In this document: positions 18,461-25,901 of the stretch, piece by piece | How positions within the stretch are numbered: the stretch's first letter is position 1 | Layout of the letters: every line of letters starts with the position of its first letter | Virus record (IMG/VR): IMGVR_UViG_3300028599_000016 | Span: 1 to 30,569 of that record | Source: a virus | Lineage: Duplodnaviria; Caudoviricetes | DNA length: 30,569 nt | Reading direction: 5' to 3' (one strand) | Made by a program: the position numbers and the translations under genes | Notes under the pieces: model-generated | The model's input: the letters and a program-made list of their open reading frames with translations, nothing else | Databases searched by the model: none | Told to the model about the DNA's origin: nothing

Positions 18461-18634
18461 ATGCCAGCACAATCACATTCATTCTCTACTAAAACGGAGG
18501 CCGATACGCTATTCGTTCAGGCGTTAAAGATCAATGAGCGTAAGAAAGGTAGAGCTAACTTCAGTTGGGTAGTTCTACAAGCACTTAAAGATTACGCTAA
18601 GAAAGTAGAGAAAGTAGAGAAAGACGATGGATGA
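18461..18634 (+). CDS. Putative ribbon-helix-helix DNA-binding protein
   Basis: Start moved to ATG 18461 (GAGGTG RBS). Alternating strand SHSFST, a helix, then G..NFSWVVLQALKDY as the second helix. Confidence 0.55.
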   Translation: MPAQSHSFSTKTEADTLFVQALKINERKKGRANFSWVVLQALKDYAKKVEKVEKDDG

Positions 18635-19124
18635 ACAAACACGCTTACTCGCACTAGCACACCTAAAGAATGGGAAGAAACCAGCTGATACAGCTGATGT
18701 AATGGGTATTTCTTATGCTGCGACATTAAAACTTAGAAAGGAGTTACTTGCAGCTGAGGAAAGAGATAAAATACTAGAGCTTTTCCAGTTAGATAAAGCT
18801 GCATTAGGTATCCTCTTAGAAAGTGTTTCCAAGCAACTAAAGCCAGCAATAGAAGCCTTTGATATAGGAAAAGAAGTAGAAGGTGAAGTGGAAGACCTAT
18901 CTAAGCGTATTGATGGTGGTTCCCTGTTAAATCAAGAGTTACAACAAGCTGGTTCAGCACTAGCTAACAAGATTACCTCCGTTGCAACAGTCGCAACAAG
19001 CGCAGATACCATTATGTCCCTAGCTAAGGCCCTATGTGAGCTCCAGAACGCATTTGCTGGTGAAAGAACTAGTGGAATAGGAGCTTTGCCCGCCACATCA
19101 TTTGAGAAATACTTGAGAAACTAA
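18627..19124 (+). CDS. Terminase small subunit candidate
   Basis: N-terminal HTH (G.KPADTADVMGISYAA), helical body, TAATG-coupled to TerL. Confidence 0.55.
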   Translation: MDEQTRLLALAHLKNGKKPADTADVMGISYAATLKLRKELLAAEERDKILELFQLDKAALGILLESVSKQLKPAIEAFDIGKEVEGEVEDLSKRIDGGSLLNQELQQAGSALANKITSVATVATSADTIMSLAKALCELQNAFAGERTSGIGALPATSFEKYLRN

Positions 19125-20719
19125 TGTTACTAGAATTTGAACAGTTCCAAGAGTTATTTCCCGGCGATCTAGAGCTGTGGAAGATCATGAACTCCAAACC
19201 TCGTGACTTTGAAGAGCTTGTAACACGTTATTTACCTTCTAAGTTGTGGAGAATGAACAACCTTTACAATATCATCGACAAAATCGGTGATCCTATCCCT
19301 TTCAGGATGAATTACGCTCAGTTTAGAGTGTATGCCAAGAGTCTTGAGCATCCAAGGCTTATCATCCTGAAATCTAGACAGCAAGGAATCAGCACATTCT
19401 GGCTTATATCGTTCTTTGATGACCTAATAACACTCAGTAATTACAACTGTGGACTGATGGCACAAGGTAAAGATGAAGCTGGAACGCTGTTAGAGAGGCT
19501 AAAACACACTTGGGATACCTTAGAGCCAGGAGTGAAAGACTTCTTCAACCTAAAGGTTGTCAAGAACAACTCCTCTGAGTTCACTCTTAACAATAATTCA
19601 ACCATGTTTATACGGACTAGCTTCCGGTCTTCAACTCTTCAAAGGCTACACATATCTGAGCTTGGCAAAATCGCCAATAAATTTCCAGAACGAGCTAAAG
19701 AGACGAAGACCGGAACCTTACAAGCGTTAGCACCAGGGAATACTGGTGTTATTGAGAGTACAGCTGAAGGCGTCAATATGTTTAAGTACATGTGGGATGC
19801 ATCAGTTAAGCAGTACATGGCGGGTCGATTAGCGGGTAAGGACTTCTTACCCGTCTTCCTCTCCTGGATTGATGATCCCGACTGTGTGGAATGGGAAGAA
19901 CAGTTCCCTGATGATGACGAGCTGGATTACTTTGACCGCTTAGAGATAGAACTAAAGGTTACACTTACTAAGGAACAGCGTAACTTCTGGGTTGCCCAAC
20001 ATAGAGAACTAGAAGGTGATATCCATCAAGAGTATCCAGCGACGCCAGAAGAGGCATTTACAGCAGCTATGGACGGTACGTATTGGGCTAAGCGTTACCT
20101 AAAGATTATCGTCCGGCGGAAGCAACGCTTATCCTATGCTGATCTATACGATCCAGCGCTGGACGTCTATATTGCCATAGATGCAGGTCGCTCTGATTAT
20201 ATGGTATTGGTATTCTTCCAAGTGTGGCGTGGCCAGCTCAGGATCATTGCTGAATATTATAACACAGGAGAATGGTTAGGTCACTATGTTAATTATGTAG
20301 CAGATGTCTGCGAAGAGACTGGTTGGAATGTAGTACACTGGTATCTGCCTCATGACATGGGCGTTACTGATCTGACTTCAGAAGACAATAAGACTAGAGA
20401 AGAGATACTGAATGACCTTGGTGTACGGAACACCACAATCTTAGAGAAGCTTTCAAAACATCACGGTATTGAAGAGGTCAGAGAAGCCTTTGAATATATG
20501 TGGATTGCTGATGAGTGTACATACCTCGAACAATGTTGCCTCAATTATACCAAAACGTGGAATCCACTTCTGGAAGTATGGCGAGATGAACCAAAGCGTA
20601 ACCAATGGGCTCATGGTGCGGACGGCATACGGTATACGGTACAAGCTTGTACTGGTCATCTGTTTGACGAAGCTGATGATGATGATTATATCACTGTGGC
20701 AGGTGGTATTGCAATCTGA
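19124..20719 (+). CDS. terL: Terminase large subunit
   Basis: Walker A IILKSRQQGIST, Walker B LHISE, coupling motif IESTA, nuclease acidic residues (AIDAG..D, LPHD, HGADG.RY). Confidence 0.93.
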   Translation: MLLEFEQFQELFPGDLELWKIMNSKPRDFEELVTRYLPSKLWRMNNLYNIIDKIGDPIPFRMNYAQFRVYAKSLEHPRLIILKSRQQGISTFWLISFFDDLITLSNYNCGLMAQGKDEAGTLLERLKHTWDTLEPGVKDFFNLKVVKNNSSEFTLNNNSTMFIRTSFRSSTLQRLHISELGKIANKFPERAKETKTGTLQALAPGNTGVIESTAEGVNMFKYMWDASVKQYMAGRLAGKDFLPVFLSWIDDPDCVEWEEQFPDDDELDYFDRLEIELKVTLTKEQRNFWVAQHRELEGDIHQEYPATPEEAFTAAMDGTYWAKRYLKIIVRRKQRLSYADLYDPALDVYIAIDAGRSDYMVLVFFQVWRGQLRIIAEYYNTGEWLGHYVNYVADVCEETGWNVVHWYLPHDMGVTDLTSEDNKTREEILNDLGVRNTTILEKLSKHHGIEEVREAFEYMWIADECTYLEQCCLNYTKTWNPLLEVWRDEPKRNQWAHGADGIRYTVQACTGHLFDEADDDDYITVAGGIAI

Positions 20720-20726
20720 TCTTCGG

Positions 20727-20828
20727 CATGTAAAAAGCCATATAATTTTGTTAAATATATTAATTATATTATTCACTTAATAAATATTATTACATATCTA
20801 CATGGGTAGTAGTATTTACATATCTACA
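20727..20828 (+). repeat. Left arm of a 102-bp imperfect inverted repeat
   Basis: Boxes CATGTAAAAAGCCA, GTTAAATATAT, TACATATCTACAT and TTACATATCTACA are mirrored at 21926-22027 with identical spacing. Confidence 0.85.
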
Positions 20829-20893
20829 CCGTTACCCTGTCAATAAAATTATTGGTGTACTTTTAGGTAGTCTTCTAACCTCCACGTCGGGTA

Positions 20894-20912
20894 AATGACA
20901 ATCATTCTCATT
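20894..20912. promoter_or_regulatory. Fur-box-like palindrome
   Basis: AATGACAAT-C-ATTCTCATT matches 16 of 18 positions of the 9-1-9 consensus AATGATAAT-N-ATTATCATT. Confidence 0.6.
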
Positions 20913-20926
20913 CTCACTAGGGGGCT

Positions 20927-20959
20927 TGTTAAGAAAGTGTTAAATTACTGTTAAATTAA
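20927..20959 (+). promoter_or_regulatory. Three TGTTAA direct repeats at 11-bp spacing (ArcA/OmpR-family-like site)
   Basis: TGTTAA at 20927, 20938 and 20949. Confidence 0.45.
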
Positions 20960-21015
20960 AATTATTTAAACTTTAGCTATTATTTAACGTTTATTTAATA
21001 AAAATTTAATGCTCT

Positions 21016-21026
21016 TGTGTTATAAT
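21016..21026 (+). promoter_or_regulatory. Extended -10 promoter for 21235-21696
   Basis: TGTGTTATAAT, with no good -35 at 17-bp spacing. Confidence 0.65.
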
Positions 21027-21234
21027 AAATTATAAATTAAATAAAGTAATAAATAAATATTACTTGAATATAAATTCAAAATTTAATTTATAGTAGTGTG
21101 ATCTGCACATGTAAGCGAACCGCTGTGTGTTGTTCTAAAGAGTTGTAGTGATCTTTAACAATATAAGTACAAGATAAGTATAGACGCACAGCGCAATACT
21201 GCCACTGTGTAACTCTATAAAGTGAGTATAAATC

Positions 21235-21696
21235 ATGAGTACTATTAAGAAAGGTTATACTGAGTTAAATGCTATACTGTTAGCAAATCAAGACATGACT
21301 GTCAAGAAACTGATGAAGCAGTTGCTTCCAATCATGCAACAAGAAGTTCGCGAAGAAGCACATCGCTATGTTGATGGACGTCTTGAGATATTCTGCTACT
21401 ATCACAAGCAGTGGGAGTTCGCTGATCAAGTTGAGTATGGCAAGAAAGCTAATACTAAGACTGGTCTGAACACCATGTGTAAAGTTGGCACTAACTTGTG
21501 GACAACACAGTATCGCATCTTCAAAGAGTCTTCTAGCAAGATCTTAGCGAAGGTAGCTGCTGGAGAGTTGAGCTACGAAGACATACCTGCTGAACAAGCG
21601 AAGTATGCTGAAGAGCGACACAAGATTGTTCCACTGGAAGTGACCCACTGGAATGAAGCACATGCTGATGAGCGTCAGCAAGTGACTGAAAGCTAG
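21235..21696 (+). CDS. Hypothetical protein, paralogue of 27011-27592
   Basis: Stand-alone gene with its own promoter and terminator. Shares TIKK, NAILLAN and GLNTMCK.GT.LWT.Q with the paralogue. Confidence 0.85.
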   Translation: MSTIKKGYTELNAILLANQDMTVKKLMKQLLPIMQQEVREEAHRYVDGRLEIFCYYHKQWEFADQVEYGKKANTKTGLNTMCKVGTNLWTTQYRIFKESSSKILAKVAAGELSYEDIPAEQAKYAEERHKIVPLEVTHWNEAHADERQQVTES

Positions 21697-21704
21697 AAAC
21701 TGAG

Positions 21705-21738
21705 AAGAGGTCAGCCGCAAGGCTGGCCTCTTTTTTTT
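21705..21738 (+). terminator. Strong intrinsic terminator
   Basis: AAGAGGTCAGCC-GCAA-GGCTGGCCTCTT followed by a T-run. Confidence 0.9.
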
Positions 21739-21744
21739 ATTTCT

Positions 21745-21925
21745 GAAAAGCTTGCTGACAAGCAGCAGCCGGAACCCGATGGAGGTGCATTTCTGTTCCG
21801 GATACTGGAATGTGCCAGTACGAACTACATAATGCCGGTGCTGACAAGTACCAGAGTCGGCTGTGGAGGTGCAACTAAATTCGCGGGACCTAAGAGTGTC
21901 GGGATGCTCGCTTTAGTGGTACCCA
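21745..21925 (+). ncRNA. Candidate structured RNA or ssDNA element
   Basis: GC-richer island with no long ORF, several hairpins and a duplicated TGCTGACAAG...TGGAGGTGCA motif. Confidence 0.3.
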
Positions 21926-22027
21926 TGTAAATATGTAACTGCCAGATGTAATGTAGATATGTATTATATTATATTAAACAGAATTATATATTTATATATT
22001 TAACGAGACTAACTGGCTTTTTACATG
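21926..22027 (-). repeat. Right arm of the 102-bp imperfect inverted repeat
   Basis: TGTAAATATGTAA(21926), ATGTAGATATGTA(21951), ATATATTTAAC(21994), TGGCTTTTTACATG(22014). Confidence 0.85.
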
Positions 22028-22141
22028 ACCGAGTCTGCAATTAAAAAGCAGTATAATTCATGTCCAGCATCAGCAGACCGACCAGTCCTGACCTGTATCG
22101 AACTATCAAGTATTTAACCAGAGTGCTGTCAAATTTAATTT

Positions 22142-22180
22142 AAATACTTTGTTTACTTCGGTAAAATTTTGTGTTATAAT
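22142..22180 (+). promoter_or_regulatory. Early-operon promoter (same family as the 27.7-kb pair)
   Basis: TTTACT-17-TATAAT with extended TG. AAATACT.TGT.TACTTC.GTA.A.TTTTGTG.TATAAT is shared with 27782-27820. Confidence 0.75.
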
Positions 22181-22261
22181 AATAATAGTAGCAGATTATT
22201 TTATAAGTTTGTTACTGAAAAGAGTTCACTGTTATAAACAACTGAAAAGGATATAACCGAA

Positions 22262-22408
22262 ATGAAACGAACCAAACCAGTTAAATCACTGAAGAATAAG
22301 TGCGTCAGAGGATTCGCACATAAGTTTGAAACTGAGTTTAAAACCGCTACACATGTTATCATGATATGTGTATACTGTAAGAACCACCAATACAGATGTC
22401 GCAACTAA
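22262..22408 (+). CDS. 48-aa putative Zn-binding protein
   Basis: Not in the ORF track. AAGGA RBS. MKRTKPVKSLKNKCVRGFAHKF...CVYCKNHQYRCRN (C..H..CxxC). Confidence 0.6.
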   Translation: MKRTKPVKSLKNKCVRGFAHKFETEFKTATHVIMICVYCKNHQYRCRN

Positions 22409-22418
22409 GGAATATACT

Positions 22419-23030
22419 ATGAAATCAAAACTAATTAGTATGCACGCTCCAGAATCACTGGTTCAGCGTTTTAACCGACGCAGAATTGAATCAGTCTGGC
22501 GGACGTGCGATTCAGCAGAAGATATGATGTGGTTAGTTAAAAATACCGACTATACTGTGGATACCGACGTACTACGCTGTTTGGCTGCTTGCTTACAAGA
22601 GATAATACCGCAAGCAGATACACTTCATAAGCGCGACATGCAGATATCACACAGATATGTATTAGACTGGATAGCAGGTCGCATGCGTGTTAATAAATTT
22701 AAAGGTCGCCAAGGTGTATTAACCAATGAGTCGGACGCTCTGTTTTATAAAGCTGATCAGGTTAATATATATAAAAGCGGATTATACAGTCAGGCACACG
22801 CTGTATCTGCGGCTGCCAGTGTGATGAAAACCTGCTTAGATATTAAATACTGGACAGAAGCGATCACAGACTGTATCTGCGCTCTAGAATATGCAGGTAA
22901 GAAGCAACAGGTCCTGTGTGACCGAATCAGAACGATATTACCGCAGACACATATCAGATTCAACTACCAGGTATACGATCCAGCGAGAGACCAATATTAT
23001 AGAGACCGAAGAGCTGCAGCCAGAATGTAG
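22419..23030 (+). CDS. Hypothetical early protein
   Basis: Start moved to ATG 22419 (AAGGA RBS). Helical, W..C...EDMMWL motif. Confidence 0.75.
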   Translation: MKSKLISMHAPESLVQRFNRRRIESVWRTCDSAEDMMWLVKNTDYTVDTDVLRCLAACLQEIIPQADTLHKRDMQISHRYVLDWIAGRMRVNKFKGRQGVLTNESDALFYKADQVNIYKSGLYSQAHAVSAAASVMKTCLDIKYWTEAITDCICALEYAGKKQQVLCDRIRTILPQTHIRFNYQVYDPARDQYYRDRRAAARM

Positions 23031-23071
23031 CACATATATGCAGGTTATTTAGGTAGCCTGCATACCTGTGT
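23030..23071 (+). promoter_or_regulatory. Intergenic long hairpin 1 (RNase III-like site)
   Basis: GCACA..TATGCAGGTTA-loop-TAGCCTGCATA..TGTGT with no T-tract. Confidence 0.55.
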
Positions 23072-23102
23072 TAACAATTAGGTTGCACAAACAGGAGTTA
23101 TT

Positions 23103-23270
23103 ATGAACAGAGAACGCAAAAACAGTGAGACACAGGTTCAGTACCATCAGAACATGAAGGCATGGCAGGCTACAATTAAGCAGCACCTGGCTGGTCGGTA
23201 TGTCCATGTTAGTACTACTAATCCGCCTACTCGCGGTGAAGGTCGCACTTATCGTCGTAACACCAAGTAG
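23103..23270 (+). CDS. 55-aa hypothetical protein
   Basis: Not in the ORF track. CAGGAG RBS. MNRERKNSETQVQYHQNMKAW... Confidence 0.7.
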   Translation: MNRERKNSETQVQYHQNMKAWQATIKQHLAGRYVHVSTTNPPTRGEGRTYRRNTK

Positions 23271-23273
23271 GTA

Positions 23274-23313
23274 GCACAACTAAGCAGGTTACACATAGCC
23301 TGCTTACTTGTGT
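23274..23313 (+). promoter_or_regulatory. Intergenic long hairpin 2 (RNase III-like site)
   Basis: GCACAA.TAAGCAGGTTA-loop-TAGCCTGCTTA.TTGTGT, a homologue of hairpin 1. Confidence 0.55.
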
Positions 23314-23347
23314 CAACCTAATGACACGTAACTGAAAGGAAACTGAA

Positions 23348-23515
23348 ATGAAATATAACTGGAAAGTAGTGCTACAGTCTAACAATGCACGTAAACGCAA
23401 CATCAGGACTAGTATCAAAACTGGTAGTATTACTGGTGTGATATCCCGCCTCAGAGCAGTCAAGCTGTTGATTGACAATCGCATAGTATCCATTACAAGG
23501 ACACCACTCTCATGA
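23348..23515 (+). CDS. 55-aa basic hypothetical protein
   Basis: Not in the ORF track. AAGGA RBS and ATGA overlap with the next gene. MKYNWKVVLQSNNARKRN... Confidence 0.6.
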   Translation: MKYNWKVVLQSNNARKRNIRTSIKTGSITGVISRLRAVKLLIDNRIVSITRTPLS

Positions 23516-23904
23516 GAACCATACGACTCAGTAAAGAACTAACAGATGATATACACACCACTGCACAACACTTTATAGAGAACCAAGATCGCAAGTTATC
23601 ACAGGACTATGAAGAACTGAGAGACATGTGCAAGCATGATAACCGCTTTAGAATGGTTGTCACACTGGAAGAGAGAATACCATATTGCTCAGACATCATT
23701 GTGAACATCCTGGTTAAGCACATTCTTGATATTGTCGACTGTAATGAAGACGATACTGAAGAGATGAATGCCTTCTGTAACTATTTAGAAGAAGTTCATG
23801 GTATGCCTATTGGACCTCTTTTGAGTATGATGAAAGAGCCAACAGTTGATGCACTTGAAATAGCTGTTCGCTGGCTCATTAATGCATTGGGCGGTGATGC
23901 ATGA
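23512..23904 (+). CDS. Hypothetical protein
   Basis: 130-aa acidic ORF coupled on both sides. Confidence 0.75.
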   Translation: MRTIRLSKELTDDIHTTAQHFIENQDRKLSQDYEELRDMCKHDNRFRMVVTLEERIPYCSDIIVNILVKHILDIVDCNEDDTEEMNAFCNYLEEVHGMPIGPLLSMMKEPTVDALEIAVRWLINALGGDA

Positions 23905-24257
23905 AGAAGAATATATTGTTGATCATTGACGGTGTGATTACCTTCCATGATAGTACTGAGGAAGCGATGACACACTCACAAGAACGCAAGTATGATAATG
24001 CTAAGTTAGCTCACATATATGCGTATCACTCAACTGCTGTCAAAGGTGGTTTCCGCTGGGAAGATGACAAACCTAAAGCTAAAGTTAAAAGAGCTGACGG
24101 TAAGCGGAACTACAAGCGATGGTCTACTGATGAAGATAAGATACTAACACAGGCTATGAAAGATGGTAAGACCTTTGAAGATGTTGCACAGGTCTTGTAT
24201 CGTACACCAAAGTCTGTTGAACTACGTTGGTACAAGGTAAAGGTGACTCATGAATGA
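23901..24257 (+). CDS. Protein with a C-terminal Myb/SANT-like HTH
   Basis: KRWSTDEDKIL....G.TFEDVA..L.RT.KSV..RW motif. Confidence 0.7.
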   Translation: MKKNILLIIDGVITFHDSTEEAMTHSQERKYDNAKLAHIYAYHSTAVKGGFRWEDDKPKAKVKRADGKRNYKRWSTDEDKILTQAMKDGKTFEDVAQVLYRTPKSVELRWYKVKVTHE

Positions 24258-24747
24258 AGATGACATTAAAACTCTGGTTGAGCTAGAAGTAGTAAGGGCT
24301 AAGCGGATAGTATCACAACGCTGGAGAATACCTTATCGCGGATTTGAAATGTCCAAAGCCAAGACGATATACGGACAAGCTACACACGATGGTAAAGTGC
24401 GTATTAGTATGATCTTCTTAGGTACTAATGAACATGCGGAACTAAAAGATACAGTCAGACATGAGATTGCACATCTAGTATGCGGTATGGATGCGGACCA
24501 TAACTATCACTGGCAATACGTAGCAAGACAGTTAGGTTGTACACCTAAACGTAGTAAACCGTTTGCTAATGAATTGAAACAAGCTGCTAAGAAACAATGG
24601 CGCTTGATAGGTATACTTGAAGATGGTACTGAGGTAAGATTTCATGCTTCTCATGTACAACAAGCCAAGTATCTCAAGCCTGACAAGACCTTCCGTTGTA
24701 ATCAAGGCAAAGTAGTTAAATGCAAATATGTAAGGAACATCTGGTAA
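24250..24747 (+). CDS. SprT-like zinc metalloprotease
   Basis: YGQA...DTVRHEIAHL....DH...WQ.VA..LG (HExxH plus a downstream His). Confidence 0.85.
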   Translation: MNEDDIKTLVELEVVRAKRIVSQRWRIPYRGFEMSKAKTIYGQATHDGKVRISMIFLGTNEHAELKDTVRHEIAHLVCGMDADHNYHWQYVARQLGCTPKRSKPFANELKQAAKKQWRLIGILEDGTEVRFHASHVQQAKYLKPDKTFRCNQGKVVKCKYVRNIW

Positions 24748-25205
24748 TGGACAAACAAGACTTACAAGATGCAGTAGACTTCGAAGTAGAGTTAGCGAAG
24801 CTAGTGTTGAAAGACAGGTCTTGGTCTCACGAGTATAAGTCCATGGCAGTGGTATCCGGAAAGTCGGATGCCACTGTTAGCGGTATCATTAGGTTGACTG
24901 ATAAATGGTTACTTAGTGATGATCGCCCTGGGCTTGCGAATGACATCAAGCATCAGATCGCTCACTTAATTGCGGGCATCAGACATGAGCATACATTCAC
25001 GTGGCAGTACATAGCAAACAAACTGTATGTGAAGTCTGACTTGATCAAACTCAAGGCTAAAGAAACTAAAGAGTGTGAGTACTGCGGTAAGCTTACAGTC
25101 TTAATCAACCCACCGCGATGCCATCAATGTAAAACCATTGAAGATGCTGTGACACTCAACCCTGATGTGGCTGCAGCAGTATTACAAAACCTAGGAGAGT
25201 TATAA
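24747..25205 (+). CDS. Degenerate SprT-like paralogue (HQxxH) with C-terminal Zn ribbon
   Basis: Start moved to ATG 24747 (TAATG). KHQIAHLIAG...EH...WQYIA and CEYC...CHQC. Confidence 0.75.
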   Translation: MDKQDLQDAVDFEVELAKLVLKDRSWSHEYKSMAVVSGKSDATVSGIIRLTDKWLLSDDRPGLANDIKHQIAHLIAGIRHEHTFTWQYIANKLYVKSDLIKLKAKETKECEYCGKLTVLINPPRCHQCKTIEDAVTLNPDVAAAVLQNLGEL

Positions 25206-25537
25206 TGTTTATGAATGTAAAAGTAGGTCAGTTAACAGTGCACGATCACTCAAGAGATGCGATACGTGAAGCCAGCAGAATAGCAGATCTGATAAAGCAG
25301 GATGTCTACACAGTACAGGTCATCGGTAGAACTAAGCCTACTCCCTTTCCAAAGAATCACGGTAAGGAATGGTCACATGGAGATGATACTACATTGTTAA
25401 TCAAGTATATGTCTGGCAAGTATACTCCTGAAGAGCTAGCACCACAGTATGAACGTACTACATGGTCTATCCAATGTCGTCTTCATACCTTAGGGCTAGG
25501 TAAAGTTGAAGCACGTGTTAACTACAGAGGCTGGTAA
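25205..25537 (+). CDS. Second Myb/SANT-like HTH protein
   Basis: NHGKEWSHGDD..L......T.EELA....RT..SI..RL..LG motif. Confidence 0.7.
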   Translation: MFMNVKVGQLTVHDHSRDAIREASRIADLIKQDVYTVQVIGRTKPTPFPKNHGKEWSHGDDTTLLIKYMSGKYTPEELAPQYERTTWSIQCRLHTLGLGKVEARVNYRGW

Positions 25538-25538
25538 G

Positions 25539-25901
25539 ATGTACGAATCTTGGAAACAACCTATCCAGCTGTCACGGATGGCACCGTGTATAGATATGAA
25601 AGGTAACAAGTCTACTCGTCGTGTTACATGGCGTGCAACAGCTAATGAGCTCAAGCCGGTTCTGTATGGCATCAAAGAGACTGAGAAGTGGCCTGCTGAA
25701 GGTTGCCACAAAGTCATGTACGATGGCATCATCTTCTGGGTGAATCCATTAGGTGAGAAGAAGATTGTAGACCATGGCTGGTATGTACAACACACACGTG
25801 AAGGTATGCACTCCAGGTTGATGTGTCAATGTCCACATTGCCCTAAAGAGATTAGCTATGGTAGACTTGCTCAACATTTGAAGGTGCATCACAATGAATA
25901 A
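25539..25901 (+). CDS. Protein with a C-terminal C2H2-like zinc finger
   Basis: Likely start ATG 25539. CPHC-x11-H-x3-H. Confidence 0.7.
   Translation: MYESWKQPIQLSRMAPCIDMKGNKSTRRVTWRATANELKPVLYGIKETEKWPAEGCHKVMYDGIIFWVNPLGEKKIVDHGWYVQHTREGMHSRLMCQCPHCPKEISYGRLAQHLKVHHNE

Noticed and set aside
21745-21925. tRNA gene
   Set aside because: No cloverleaf with a T-loop GTTCRA and matching acceptor stem could be built.
22201-23493. Minus-strand ORFs 22201-22404, 23049-23279 and 23227-23493
   Set aside because: Plus-strand small ORFs with good RBSs and an upstream promoter explain the region better.
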